Assembly (NCBI GenBank): GCA_963745235.1
Contig: CAVUXE010000015.1
Span: forward strand, 160,001-224,000
Length of the DNA stretch: 64,000 nt
Source: an uncultured Spirochaetota bacterium
Lineage (GTDB): Bacteria; Spirochaetota; Spirochaetia; SZUA-6; Fen-1364
Reading direction: 5' to 3'
Shown here: in pieces, positions 52,258-64,000 of the stretch
Layout: each line of letters opens with the position of its first letter
How positions within the stretch are numbered: the first letter of the stretch is position 1
The notes under the pieces: model-generated
Databases searched by the model: none
What the model saw: the letters and a program-made list of their open reading frames with translations, nothing else
Told to the model about the DNA's origin: nothing
Made by a program: the position numbers and the translations under genes

Positions 52258-54038
52258 GCGCTCGGGCGGAGGTCGCGGTTGGAATGAGCTCCTGCGGGAT
52301 CGCATCAGGAGCGCGCGGCGTTTTCCAGGCGCTGGCCGCGGACGTCGCGAGCAGCGGCCTTTCCTGCGACGTGGTGGAAACCGGCTGCATCGGGGCCTGC
52401 CACGCGGAGCCCCTGGTGGAAGTCCGCCAGGCTGATGGAAAGAAGTTCCTCTACGGGAACGTTGACGAGGCGGGGGCGAAGTCCATTGTGGAAAGCCACC
52501 TTCGCGACGGCGTCCCGGTGACGAAGTACCTCATCCCTGAAGACTACGCATACCTGAGCCGGCAGACCAGAATCATCCTCACCAACTGCGGCGTGATAGA
52601 CCCGGAATCCATCGACCAGTACATCGCCCGGGACGGGTATGCCGCGCTCAGGAAGGCCCTCACCTCCATGACCCCTGAGGCGGTCATCGAGGAGGTGAAG
52701 AAGTCCGGACTTCGCGGCCGCGGCGGCGCCGGGTTCTCCACCGGCATGAAGTGGACTTTCGCCAGGGATTCGAAGTCGGCCACGGGCAGGAAATACATCG
52801 TCTGCAATGCGGATGAAGGGGACCCCGGGGCTTTCATGAACAGGTCAGTCCTCGAGGGGGATCCTCACGCCGTCCTCGAGGGGATGCTGATCTGCGCGTA
52901 TGCAATAGGGGCCACCGAAGGCTACATCTACGCGCGCGCGGAATATCCGCTGGCCATCAAGAGACTCCAGATCGCGCTGCGCCAACTGGAGGAGCATCAC
53001 CTGGTCGGAGAAGCAATTCTCGGCACCGCGTTCTCCTTCACGCTGCACATCAAGGAAGGGGCGGGCGCTTTCGTTTGCGGGGAAGAAACGGCGCTCATGA
53101 ACTCCATCGAAGGCCAGCGCGGAATGCCGCGGCTTCGACCGCCCTTCCCCGCGGTGCGCGGCCTGTGGGACTCCCCCACGAACATCAACAACGTGGAAAC
53201 CTACGCGAACATCCCGCACATCCTCCTGATGGGAAGCGGGGAGTTCGCGAAGATCGGCACGGAAAAGAGCAAGGGCACGAAGGTCTTCGCCCTTGCCGGC
53301 AAGATCAAGCGCGGCGGCATGGTGGAAGTCCCCATGGGGATCAGCCTTCGCGAGGTCATCTTCGACATCGGCGGCGGGATCCAGGGGGACAGGAAGTTCA
53401 AGGCAGTGCAGATGGGAGGCCCATCCGGCGGGTGCGTTCCCGAGAGCATGGTTGACCTGAAGATCGACTACGACTCCCTTTCCGCGTCGGGAGCCATCAT
53501 GGGGTCCGGCGGCATGGTCGTCATGGACGAATCCACCTGCATGGTGGACGTGGCGCGGTACTTCCTCAGCTTCGTCCAGAGCGAATCATGCGGCAAGTGC
53601 ACCTTCTGCAGGATCGGCACAAAACGGATGCTGGAAATCCTCACGCGGATAACCGAGGGAAAGGGAGAGGAGAAGGACATAGCCGATCTGGAGGACCTGG
53701 CCATGAAAGTGAAGGTGTCCTCCCTTTGCGGGCTGGGCCAGACTTCGCCGAATCCCGTTCTGACCACTCTGCGCTATTTCCGCGCGGAGTACGATGACCA
53801 CATCAGGAACCACCGTTGCGAGGCGAAGAAATGCAAGGCGCTCATCCGTTACCGCGTCACCACGGAGGCATGCACGGGGTGCATGCTGTGCGCCCGTGTG
53901 TGCCCCACCAAGGCCGCTCGCGGGGAAAGGAAGAAGGCGCACACGATTGACCAGGACGCGTGCATCAGGTGCGGTCTGTGCTTCGAGGCATGCAGGTTCG
54001 ACGCGATAGAAATCACGACTGGCAAAGAAATGGTATGA
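52254..54038 (+). CDS. NuoF/HydB-like NADH-binding FMN subunit
   Basis: SGLRGRGGAGF, NADEGDPGAFM, CGEETAL, RPPFP, GGPSGG, ESCGKC..C, two C-terminal 4Fe-4S motifs. Confidence 0.93.
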   Translation: MSARAEVAVGMSSCGIASGARGVFQALAADVASSGLSCDVVETGCIGACHAEPLVEVRQADGKKFLYGNVDEAGAKSIVESHLRDGVPVTKYLIPEDYAYLSRQTRIILTNCGVIDPESIDQYIARDGYAALRKALTSMTPEAVIEEVKKSGLRGRGGAGFSTGMKWTFARDSKSATGRKYIVCNADEGDPGAFMNRSVLEGDPHAVLEGMLICAYAIGATEGYIYARAEYPLAIKRLQIALRQLEEHHLVGEAILGTAFSFTLHIKEGAGAFVCGEETALMNSIEGQRGMPRLRPPFPAVRGLWDSPTNINNVETYANIPHILLMGSGEFAKIGTEKSKGTKVFALAGKIKRGGMVEVPMGISLREVIFDIGGGIQGDRKFKAVQMGGPSGGCVPESMVDLKIDYDSLSASGAIMGSGGMVVMDESTCMVDVARYFLSFVQSESCGKCTFCRIGTKRMLEILTRITEGKGEEKDIADLEDLAMKVKVSSLCGLGQTSPNPVLTTLRYFRAEYDDHIRNHRCEAKKCKALIRYRVTTEACTGCMLCARVCPTKAARGERKKAHTIDQDACIRCGLCFEACRFDAIEITTGKEMV

Positions 54039-54041
54039 CAC

Positions 54042-57000
54042 ATGGGCACTGACACTACTGGCACCGTAGAGATAACTTTTGACGGCAAGAAGCTCCTCGT
54101 CCAGCCGGGGCTGACCATCCTGGAGGTGGCGGATTCGCACGGGGTCCGCATCCCCACCCTCTGTCACGACAGGCGCCTGGACCCGTATGCGTCCTGCTGG
54201 GTGTGCCTGGTGAAGGTGGAGAAGGCGCGGGGGTTCGTGCCCAGCTGCAGCACCCGGGTGGCTCCGGGCATGGTCATTTCCACGCGGGCACCCGAGGTGA
54301 AGGCGGCGCGCACCACGGCGCTGGAGCTCATCCTCTCCAGCCACTACGGGGACTGCAAGGCGCCCTGCACGCTCACCTGCCCCTCGAACATCGACATCCA
54401 GGGCTACCTCGGCCTGGTCGCGAACGGGAAGACCCGGGAAGCGGTGGAGCTCATCCGGCAGGACAACCCAATGCCGGCGGTGATCGGCAGGATCTGCCCC
54501 CGTCCCTGCGAGCAGAAGTGCCGAAGGAACCTGGTCGAGGAACCCCTCAACATCAACGGGATCAAGCGCTTCGTGGCTGACCTCGAGGCCGGGGCGGGAG
54601 GAATGTCGCCCCGGCCGCTTCCGCGAAAGATCGGCAGGAAAGTCGCAATTGTCGGGGCCGGCCCCGCGGGGCTCAGTGCCGCCTGGTACCTCAGTGAGAA
54701 GGGCGTGGAGGTGACCGTCTACGAAGCGATGGAGAAGGCAGGGGGGATGCTGCGCTACGGCATCCCGGACTATCGCCTTCCCCCCGCGGTGCTGGACAGG
54801 GCGATGGCGGACATGCTGAGCATGGGTGCATCGCTGAGGACCGGAGCGCGCCTCGGGAAGGACGTCACGCTGGAAAAGCTGCGCTCGGAAAACGACGCGG
54901 TGATATTTGCCATCGGCGCCTGGAAGGGGAGAACCCTTCGCATCCCCGGTGAGGACCACCCCGCGGTGCTTTCCGGCATCGACTTCCTCCGCGACGTGAA
55001 CGCCGGAAAGGCCGTGAAGGTGGGCCGCACGGTGGCCATCGTCGGCGGCGGCAACACCGCCCTGGACGCGGCGCGCTGCTCACTGCGCCACGGCGCCGAA
55101 AAAGTGACCATGTACTACCGGCGCACGCGCGAGGAGATGCCGGCATCCGAGGCGGAGATCGAGGAAGCGCTGGAGGAAGGGATCGGGATCCAGTACCTTG
55201 CGGCTCCCGTCTCCATCCAGGCGGACGGCGACACCCTGAAAAGCCTTACGCTCCTGGAGATGGCGCTGGGCGAGCCGGATGCCTCAGGCAGGCGGAGGCC
55301 CGTGCCCGTTGAGGGCTCCGAGCACAGCGTTCCCGTGGACACCATCATCTCCGCGGTGGGGCAGTTCTCGGACACGAAGCTTCTTGCAGGCGCTCGAGGG
55401 CCTGGTCGACGCGAAGGGGAACATGGCCGCGGACCTCGAGACCGGCATCACGGACGTCCCAGGAGTCTTCGTTGCGGGAGACCTTCTCACGGGGACCGAC
55501 ATAGCCATTCGCGCGGTTGCCGGCGGCAAGCACGCGGCGCGCGCGGTCCTTGCGTACTTTGAGGGAAGGACCTACGCGCGGCCGAAGGAGTTCCTCTCCA
55601 AGAAGGCGGACTTCAAGGAACCCGTTGCGGCGGACTTCAAGGATACGCCGCGGGCAGCAGGGCAAAGCCGCGCGTTCTGGAGGCCGAGACGCGAAAGAGG
55701 AGCTTTGTCGAGATCGAATCCGCTCTCTCGGCGGAGCAGGCATCCCGCGAGGCTGCCCGGTGCCTGGAGTGCGGCTGCCAGGACGTGCGTGACTGCGCGC
55801 TGAAGCAGTACGCCACGGAGTACGAGCGCCTCCGCGCGCCGGTTCCCTGGCGAGGTCCCCATCCATCCCGTGGACAACTCGCATCCCCTTATCGCTCGCG
55901 ACCCTTCCAAGTGCGTGCTGTGCGGCCGCTGCGTGCGGGTCTGCCTGGAGGTCCAGGGCATCGGCGTGTTCGGCTACATCCACCGGGGGTTCTCTTCGGT
56001 CATTGCGCCGTCGTTCGGCGTTCCCTTCGGCGAAGATGCTTCCTGCATCTCCTGCGGCCAGTGCGTCTCCGCGTGTCCCGTGGGCGCCCTGACAGAGAAG
56101 CTCCCGGCGAAGAAGAACGTGCCCCTTCTGGAGCGTGTAGAGGAAGGGACCTGTACGCTGTGCTCGGTGGGATGCGCACTGGAGTACCGCTGGCACGGGA
56201 GCCTGTTCACGAGAGTGACGGAGCGCTACATGCCCCCCAACCATGGCAAGCTGTGCAGGAAGGGAAAGTTCGGGCATGAGTTCCTGAACGCGCCAGGGCC
56301 CGCCCCGGTCGACCTGAAGGCGGCCCGCGCCGCGGCGCAAAAGCTTCTTGCCGGCGCGAAGTCTCCCCTCATGCGCCTGTCCGGGCGTCTTTCAGGTGAG
56401 ACGATCGATGCCTTCCTCGAAGCGGCGGCCCGCAAGGGCATCCCCGCTGTGGCTGCAGGTCTCGAGGACCTGGATCCGCGATGGGCAGATCTCGAGTCGG
56501 CGGGCGTGATGTCTGGCGGCAACGGTGCGGCGCCGATCCGCATCCTGGTGGGGGACATCGCCTCATCCAACAACGTCGCCTTCACGGAAGCGCTGAGGCA
56601 GCGCCGGCAGGGCCTGATCGACCTTTGGATCGCGTGCCACGACGACGAGGCAGCCCGGAGAGCGGCTTCCCGCGTGGAACCGGACCTGGCTGGCGCTCTG
56701 AGAGATGCGCTGGCGTCCGGCGTTCCCGTGGAGGTCATGGTGAGCCCCGAGAACGCGCCCTCTTCGGCGTTGGAAACGCTCCTTGCGGTGCGCTCCCGCG
56801 TCCGGGTCTTCCTCCTGTGGAGCTCTCGGAATGCGGGCTATATCTTCAAGCGCACGGCGACGCTCGGCAAGCGGGTGAGAAAGCCTGATCTGCTTCTGGA
56901 TGTCGGAGCTGAAGGCTCCTCGAATGGGACGCCACGAATCTCCTGGGGAATGTCCGCGGGGAAAGAAGAGCTCTTCATACCCCTCGCCCGCGAGCTGTGG

Positions 57001-57093
57001 CTGCGCGGCCGCTCACACCCCACGGGGAGAGAGAGCGTTCAGGCGGGAGAGATAACCGACGGGGCCCTGCGGGACGCGGTGCTTATCGACTGA
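54042..57093 (+). CDS. Large Fe-S flavoprotein: NuoG-like [2Fe-2S] + GltD-like FAD/NADPH module + 4Fe-4S + degenerate C-terminal domain (StnC/NfnA/NsoC-like); about 3 frameshifts at 55390-55860
   Basis: IPTLC, CWVCLV, PSC; CKAPC..TCP, ICPRPCE..C; GAGPAG, GGGNTA, YRR; RCLECGC; CVLCGRCVRVC, CISCGQCVSACP. Confidence 0.8.
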
Positions 57094-57680
57094 GCCCCAG
57101 GGTCGCCGGGGAACTCCCGTCTCAGCGTCTCGGTCACGAACTTCATCCAGTCTCTCCTGCGGCCCCTGTCCGGACCCCGCATGTCCCTGACAACGTAGCA
57201 CTCTGCCTCCATCCCGCAGCGGCCGAGGATTGCGTCCTTCCAGAGTGACTCGAGGGCGCCCGGCCGCTCCCCTTCCTCGGCGTCAGAAGTGCAGAAAACA
57301 AGTCCCCTCTTGCCGATCAGAAGCGGCTTCCATTTCTTTTCTGCGCCGTCCTCTCCATCCAGCTCATACGCAACGCCCTGCCTGAAGACCCTGTCCACCC
57401 AGCCCTTGAGCATGGCCGGCGGCTGGCTCCACCAGTCGGGATGGAAAATCACCAGGCCGTCCGCCTGGGTGAGCTGCCGTGAGTGCTCCTGGACCAGGTC
57501 ATCCAGGCTGTAGAGGCGGGATAGCTCGGAGGAATCAAGAACCGGATCGAACCCCTCCTGGTGGAGGTCGTGAAAAAGGACCTCGTGGCCAAGCGCGCCC
57601 AGGGTCTCCCGGGCGTCTGCCGCAAGTGCGTGGTTCAGGCTTCCAGGGCGCGGATGGCAGAGGATCTCGAGAATTCTCAT
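57039..57680 (-). CDS. Flavodoxin-fold NAD(P)H:quinone oxidoreductase (MdaB/KefF-like)
   Basis: CHPRPGSLN, DL...GFDPV, HPDWW..PPAMLKGWVDRVF. Confidence 0.88.
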   Translation of the reverse strand: MRILEILCHPRPGSLNHALAADARETLGALGHEVLFHDLHQEGFDPVLDSSELSRLYSLDDLVQEHSRQLTQADGLVIFHPDWWSQPPAMLKGWVDRVFRQGVAYELDGEDGAEKKWKPLLIGKRGLVFCTSDAEEGERPGALESLWKDAILGRCGMEAECYVVRDMRGPDRGRRRDWMKFVTETLRREFPGDPGAQSISTASRRAPSVISPA

Positions 57681-57686
57681 CCCATT

Positions 57687-57711
57687 AAACTTGACTAAAA
57701 CAGTCAGGTAA
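57687..57711 (+). promoter_or_regulatory. IscR/Rrf2 type-1-like operator upstream of the suf operon
   Basis: AAACTTGACTAAAACAGTCAGGTAA matches ATASYYGACTRwwwYAGTCRRSTAT at 23/25 positions. Confidence 0.7.
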
Positions 57712-57743
57712 GTCAATTTATTAGCAGGAGAAACGCTGAAAAC

Positions 57744-58043
57744 ATGGTATCCCGGGACGCCGTCCTCATGGTGCTGAAGAACGTGGAAGACCCTGAAATC
57801 CAGATGAACATCGTGGATCTGGGTCTCGTGTACAGGGTCGACACGCGCGAAGATGCGATCGAGGTTGACTTCACCCTCACCTACCCCGGCTGTCCCGCGG
57901 AAGAGATGATCCGAAGGGACATTACGGAGACGCTCCGCGACGCGTTCGGCGTGGAGATCAAGGCGACGACCGTCTGGTCTCCCATGTGGGGCCCCGAGCG
58001 TATGAGCGAGGAAGCGCGCCTGGCCCTCGGGTACCCCATCTGA
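57744..58043 (+). CDS. sufT: Metal-sulfur cluster assembly factor (DUF59/SufT)
   Basis: DPE...NIVDLGLVY, TLT.PGCP, W.P.W..ERMS. Confidence 0.88.
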   Translation: MVSRDAVLMVLKNVEDPEIQMNIVDLGLVYRVDTREDAIEVDFTLTYPGCPAEEMIRRDITETLRDAFGVEIKATTVWSPMWGPERMSEEARLALGYPI

Positions 58044-58062
58044 AGAATAAGAAGGGAAACAA

Positions 58063-58825
58063 ATGGCAAAGCTGATTCAGGTAAGGAATCTTCAGGCATC
58101 GATAGCGGGGAAACCCATTCTCCAGGGGATAGACCTCGACATCAGAATGGGAGAGATCGTCGCTCTCATGGGGCCCAATGGGTCCGGAAAGAGCACGCTC
58201 GCGAACGTGCTCATGGGGCATCCCGCGTACACGGTGACCGGGGGCAGCGTCCTCCTGGACGGAGAGGACTTCCTGGCGCTGAAGCCGGATGAGCGCTCCC
58301 GCAGGGGCGTGTTCCTGGCTTTCCAGTACCCCGTGGAGATCCCCGGCGTGACAGTGGGGAAGTTCCTCAAGCGGGCGGCGGAGCTCAGGGCGGACGGCAA
58401 GGGGATGGACGTCACCGCGTTCATCAAGCGCCTCCGCGAGGCCATGGATTTCATGGAGATCGACCAGGCCTTCATCAACCGCTACCTGAACCAGGGCTTT
58501 TCCGGCGGAGAAAAGAAACGCATGGAAGTCCTCCAGATGCTCATGCTGGAGCCTTCCTTCGCCCTCCTGGACGAGACCGACTCCGGCCTGGACATCGACG
58601 CGCTGAAGGTCGTTGCCCGCGGCGTGAACAAGCTGCGGGGAGAAGGCTTCGGCGCTCTCATCATCACCCATTACCAGCGCATCCTCACTCATATCGTGCC
58701 CGACTACGTGCACATCATGTACAAGGGGCGAATCGCGACATCGGGAGGAAAGGACCTTGTGGAGACCCTGGAGAACAGGGGATACGACTGGGTCCGCACG
58801 CAGTACGGCATAGAGGAGGACGTTC

Positions 58826-58854
<29 letters not shown>
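58063..58854 (+). CDS. sufC: Fe-S cluster assembly ATPase
   Basis: [42 protein letters not shown]. Confidence 0.96.
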
Positions 58855-60231
<1,377 letters not shown>

Positions 60232-60232
<1 letters not shown>

Positions 60233-61484
60233 TGGCAGACCGACGCGAGCCTGGCTGGATGCAGGAGCTGCGGGCAAAGGCGCAGGAGCGTTTCGACGCC
60301 ATGAGCTGGCCCACCACCTCGGACGAGGAATGGCGGCGCACGGACGTGAGCGGGATCGATGCTCTGTCCTACGTCCCCATCCCGAGGGCGGTCGGCAGCG
60401 CAAAGCCGGGCGGGGGCCCGCGGGCGGGATTTGCGGGAACGCTTCGATTCGACGCCGCGCAGGTGGTCGAATCCTCGATAGCGAGCAATGGCAGAAGAGC
60501 GGGGTTCGTTTTGTTTCCCTGGACACGGCGCTGGAAGAGCTCGAAAAGCCCCTGAGCGATTTCTTCGATGAGGGGGTGGATGCGGCGGACAACAGGTTTG
60601 CCGTGTGGCACTACGCATCCTGGAGCCACGGCGCGCTTCTCCTTGTGCCGGCGGGCCTGGAGGTAGCCGAGCCGTTCATCATCGACTTCACCGAGAGGGG
60701 CACGGGAGCGCTCAGCTCCCCCCATGTCACCGTCGTGCTCGGAGAGGGAGCGCGCGCCTCCGTCATCCAGCGCCTTCGAGGGGATCCCGATGGGAAGGAA
60801 GAGCGGCTCCTGTGCAACGCCGGGCTGGACCTTGTCCTCTCGGACGCCTCGGCCCTTACCTACTACGAGGCGCAGGACCTGGGACCGCAGTCGCTGTACT
60901 TCCGCCACGCCCGCACGCGCAGCGGGAGGGACACCTCGCTTCGGCATTACGATGCGGCGCTGGGCGCCAGGCTGGTGAAGACGCGGATAGAGTGCGGGCT
61001 TGTCGGGAAAGGAAGCGAGGCGTACCTGAACGGGGTCTACTTCTGCCGGGATGGCCAGCACATGGACATCCGCACCGTGCAGCGCCATCACTCTCCCTCG
61101 GCGACGAGCAGGGCGTACTACAAGGGTGCCGTGGCGGGCGGGGGCCGCACCGTGTTCCAGGGCCTGATCGAGGTAGACACGGGCGCATCGGGAACAGACG
61201 CTTACCTCACCAACCGCAACCTGATCCTCGGAGACGGCGCGCGCTCGGACTCGATCCCGACCCTGCGGATCGGCAACAACGACGTGCGTTGCAGCCACGG
61301 TTCCACCACGGGCCGCCTCAGCGAGGAAGAGTTGTTCTACCTGGAGAGCAGGGGCCTGTCACGGAACGAGGCGCGGGAGATGCTCGTGACGGGGTACTTC
61401 GAGGACTTGCTGGACAGCGCTCCCGATGTCTACCGGGAGGACACCATGGAGCGGATCCGTACCCGGCTGGCAAACGCGGCATGA
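60232..61484 (+). CDS. sufD: Fe-S cluster assembly protein, frameshift near 60480
   Basis: EEWRRTD; VFQG.I.V, SIP.L.I..NDV.CSHG.T, LFYL.SRG. Confidence 0.9.
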
Positions 61485-61807
61485 GCGCGGCGGTGCAGAC
61501 CTGGGTCAGGGTCGCCGCGGAAAATGAGCTGGTGACCAGCATGTGTGTGCTCGTGGAGGGAAAGGCAGTTGCGCTTTTTCGCACGGAGGAAGGGGTGTTT
61601 GCCCTTGATGATGTGTGCTCCCATGAGTATTCCCGCCTGTCGGAGGGAGAGATATGGGAAGGGGAGGTATATTGCCCCAAGCATGGGTCCCGCTTCGCCC
61701 TGGCGACGGGAGCGGTGACGGGGCTTCCTGCAACGCAGCCGGTCCGCTCATGGCCGGTCAAGATTGAAGACGGGGGAATCTGGATAGCATGGCAGTCGCA
61801 AAAGTAG
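61481..61807 (+). CDS. Rieske [2Fe-2S] ferredoxin
   Basis: CSH and CPKHGSRF Rieske boxes; ATGA overlap with sufD. Confidence 0.9.
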   Translation: MSAAVQTWVRVAAENELVTSMCVLVEGKAVALFRTEEGVFALDDVCSHEYSRLSEGEIWEGEVYCPKHGSRFALATGAVTGLPATQPVRSWPVKIEDGGIWIAWQSQK

Positions 61808-63036
61808 CCCACATGGGGGCGCGTACGGTGGAGGATGTGCGGGAGGATTTCCCCATCCTCGACCGGACAGTGCACGGCAGGCCCCTTGCCTACCTGGACA
61901 ACGCGGCCACCTCGCAGAAGCCTCGCGCCGTGCTGGACGCAATCCGCGTCTACTATGAGCGCGGGAACGCCAACGTCCATCGCGCGCTCCATGCCCTGGG
62001 AGAGGAAGCAACGGCCGCTTTCGAGCAGAACAGGGGAAAGGTCCAGCGCTTTCTGAATGCGAGCTCGAAGAGAGAGATCGTCTTCACGCGGGGAACCACG
62101 GAGGCGATCAACCTGGTGGCGAGCGCGTGGGGGGACAGGTTCCTGAAAAAGGGGGACGTGGTCCTCGTCACCGACATGGAGCACCACTCCAACCTGGTGC
62201 CGTGGCAGCTCGCCTGTGCCCGCAAGGGGTGCACCCTTGCCTTCATCCCCCTGATGCCGGACGGTCAGCTCGACCTTGCCGCGGCCGAGCGTGAATGGAC
62301 TGACCGGGTGCGGATTGTTGCGCTGACGCACGTGTCCAACGTGCTGGGCACCGTGAACGACGTGAAGGCCATAACGGCGATGGCTCACGCCCGGGGCGCG
62401 GTCGTGCTGGTGGACGGAGCGCAGTCCGTGCCCCACTTCCGGGTGGACGTGGCCGACATCGGCTGCGACTTCCTGGCCTTCTCGGGCCACAAGATGTGCG
62501 GACCGATGGGGATCGGCGTCCTGTACGGCAGGGAGCAACTGCTGGAGCAGATGCCGCCCTGGATGGGCGGCGGAGAGATGATCAGCGCGGTCTGGCGGGA
62601 GAAGTCCACCTGGAACGAGCTGCCGTACAAGTTCGAAGCCGGCACCCCGAACGTCGAGGGGGCAATCGGCCTGGGCGCCGCCATCGACTACCTCCACGGG
62701 CTGGAGTTTCCCGCCATCGAGGCCTGGGAGGCAGAGCTCACGCGATACGCCCTGGGACGCCTGGCAGAAATCCCGGCGCTGACGCTCTACGGCGCTGCCC
62801 CGCGGCGGGGAGCGGTCATTTCCTTCAACCTTGGCGCCATCCACGCCCACGACATTGCCCAGTACCTGGACAAGGAGGGAATCGCGGTCCGCGCGGGGCA
62901 CCACTGCGCACAGCCCCTGATGCGGCTGCTGGACGTTCCGGGAACGGCCCGCGCGAGCTTCTCCTTCTACAACACGTTTTCCGAGATCGACCGGCTGCAC
63001 GACGCCCTGCTGGGGGCGGCGGAGTTCTACGCGTGA
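61789..63036 (+). CDS. sufS: Cysteine desulfurase
   Basis: YLDNAATSQKP, EHHSN, DGAQ, SGHKM, RAGHHCAQP. Confidence 0.96.
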   Translation: MAVAKVAHMGARTVEDVREDFPILDRTVHGRPLAYLDNAATSQKPRAVLDAIRVYYERGNANVHRALHALGEEATAAFEQNRGKVQRFLNASSKREIVFTRGTTEAINLVASAWGDRFLKKGDVVLVTDMEHHSNLVPWQLACARKGCTLAFIPLMPDGQLDLAAAEREWTDRVRIVALTHVSNVLGTVNDVKAITAMAHARGAVVLVDGAQSVPHFRVDVADIGCDFLAFSGHKMCGPMGIGVLYGREQLLEQMPPWMGGGEMISAVWREKSTWNELPYKFEAGTPNVEGAIGLGAAIDYLHGLEFPAIEAWEAELTRYALGRLAEIPALTLYGAAPRRGAVISFNLGAIHAHDIAQYLDKEGIAVRAGHHCAQPLMRLLDVPGTARASFSFYNTFSEIDRLHDALLGAAEFYA

Positions 63037-63521
63037 ACGCCTTCGATGACCTGTACCAGGAAATCGTCCTGGACCACTACCGCTCCCCGCGGAACAAGGC
63101 GCGGCTGGACGACGTCCCTGAGTCAATGGTCCACGAGAACCCGTCCTGCGGAGACTCCATCAAGCTGGAAGTCGTCGTGGACGAGGACGGGAAGCTCCAG
63201 GGCGTGCGCTTCGACGGGCGGGGGTGCGCAATCAGCACCGCCTCCGCGTCTCTCATGACGGAGAAGCTCAAGGGCCTCTCCGTTGTCGAAGCCCGCGCCT
63301 ACGCGGAACAGTTCATCCGGTCGCTGCGGGGGGATGCTCCCGTGGAGGCGCTGGACGACATGGGTGACCTGGCGGCCTTCAAGGGAGTTGCGCAATTCCC
63401 GGTTCGCGTGAAATGCGCCACCCTCGCGTGGCATGCGCTCCTCCTCAGCCTGCCGAAGGCAGGCGCGCCAAAGGCGGCCGAGGCCGCCCCCGGCGCCCTG
63501 CGAGGTTTGGACGGCCGATAG
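63033..63521 (+). CDS. sufU: SUF system NifU-family protein
   Basis: LYQEIVLDH, NPSCGD, GCAIS.ASAS, RVKCA. Confidence 0.93.
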   Translation: MNAFDDLYQEIVLDHYRSPRNKARLDDVPESMVHENPSCGDSIKLEVVVDEDGKLQGVRFDGRGCAISTASASLMTEKLKGLSVVEARAYAEQFIRSLRGDAPVEALDDMGDLAAFKGVAQFPVRVKCATLAWHALLLSLPKAGAPKAAEAAPGALRGLDGR

Positions 63522-63605
63522 GCCGCCCGTGCTGCATCGGCAGCCGAGGCCTTCGCAACCGTAGTTTTCCTCGCCACCGGGACCGGATTTCCCTATCTTA
63601 TGTCC

Positions 63606-64000
63606 ATGTTTGAATGCTTCGATCCTCGCGAGGGCAAGATGCTCTCGCTCCTGGACGAGTCAGGCACCCTGCATGCTCCTCCAGAGGGCTTCCCCCTGCT
63701 CAGCGGGGAGCAGGCCCTCACGGCGTACCGCGCCATGATCCTGGCCCGCGCGGCCGACGAGTGGGCCCTCAGCCTCAACAGGCAGGGCCGGATGCCGACC
63801 TACGCTCTGAACGAGGGGCAGGAGGCCAACTCGGTGGGAGCGCTCATGGCCCTGCAACCCGACGACTGGTTCGTCCCGGCATTCCGCGAGCTGGGCGGCA
63901 TGCTGATGCGCGGCCTCACGCTCGCCCAGTACTATCTGTACTGGTACGGCAACGAGGAAGGAAGCAGGCTGGCCCCGGAGACCTTCCACATGATGCCGAT
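63606..64000 (+). CDS. pdhA: Pyruvate/2-oxoacid dehydrogenase E1 alpha subunit (3'-truncated by window)
   Basis: Own translation gives YRAM..AR..DE....LNRQGRMPTYA...GQEA, DWFVP.FRE; not in the ORF track because it has no stop. Confidence 0.8.
   Translation, partial: MFECFDPREGKMLSLLDESGTLHAPPEGFPLLSGEQALTAYRAMILARAADEWALSLNRQGRMPTYALNEGQEANSVGALMALQPDDWFVPAFRELGGMLMRGLTLAQYYLYWYGNEEGSRLAPETFHMMP

Noticed and set aside
60605-61807. 400-aa ORF ending in a Rieske domain, and the similar 62496-63521 ORF ending in SufU
   Set aside because: The upstream parts are shadow frames over sufD and sufS; the true starts are ATG 61481 and GTG 63033 with 4-nt overlaps

Overview
GC-rich bacterial chromosomal window, probably from a Spirochaetia-like organism (inferred from a class I LysRS and a PilZN3/PlzA-like protein). 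It looks like a long-read assembly with many single-base indels, since even lysS and sufD are frameshifted. Housekeeping content: PolX/PHP tail, ilvB-ilvN-leuC-leuD-ilvD, lysS, mntH+USP, bcp, AlaX, rhomboid, two MoxR/DUF58 modules, RecQ, PfkB, ALDH-SCP2-ADH-SCP2, a NuoE/NuoF/GltD-type (Stn/NfnABC-like) oxidoreductase, sufT-C-B-D-Rieske-S-U and the start of pdhA. Most unusual items: (1) a 1002-aa ORF joining a gamma-carbonic anhydrase with intact metal ligands to PAS-PAS-PAS-GGDEF-EAL; (2) a DeoC homolog with a microcompartment-type encapsulation peptide that lacks the Schiff-base lysine; (3) a DEDDh exonuclease-WYL gene with an apparent ATT start, preceded by a 4x22-bp GTAC-rich array; (4) a small resistance-type islet with an AAC(3)-I aminoglycoside acetyltransferase; (5) a recurring leaderless promoter architecture; (6) an IscR-type operator in front of suf. 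All family assignments come from motif recognition by eye; no database searches were run.
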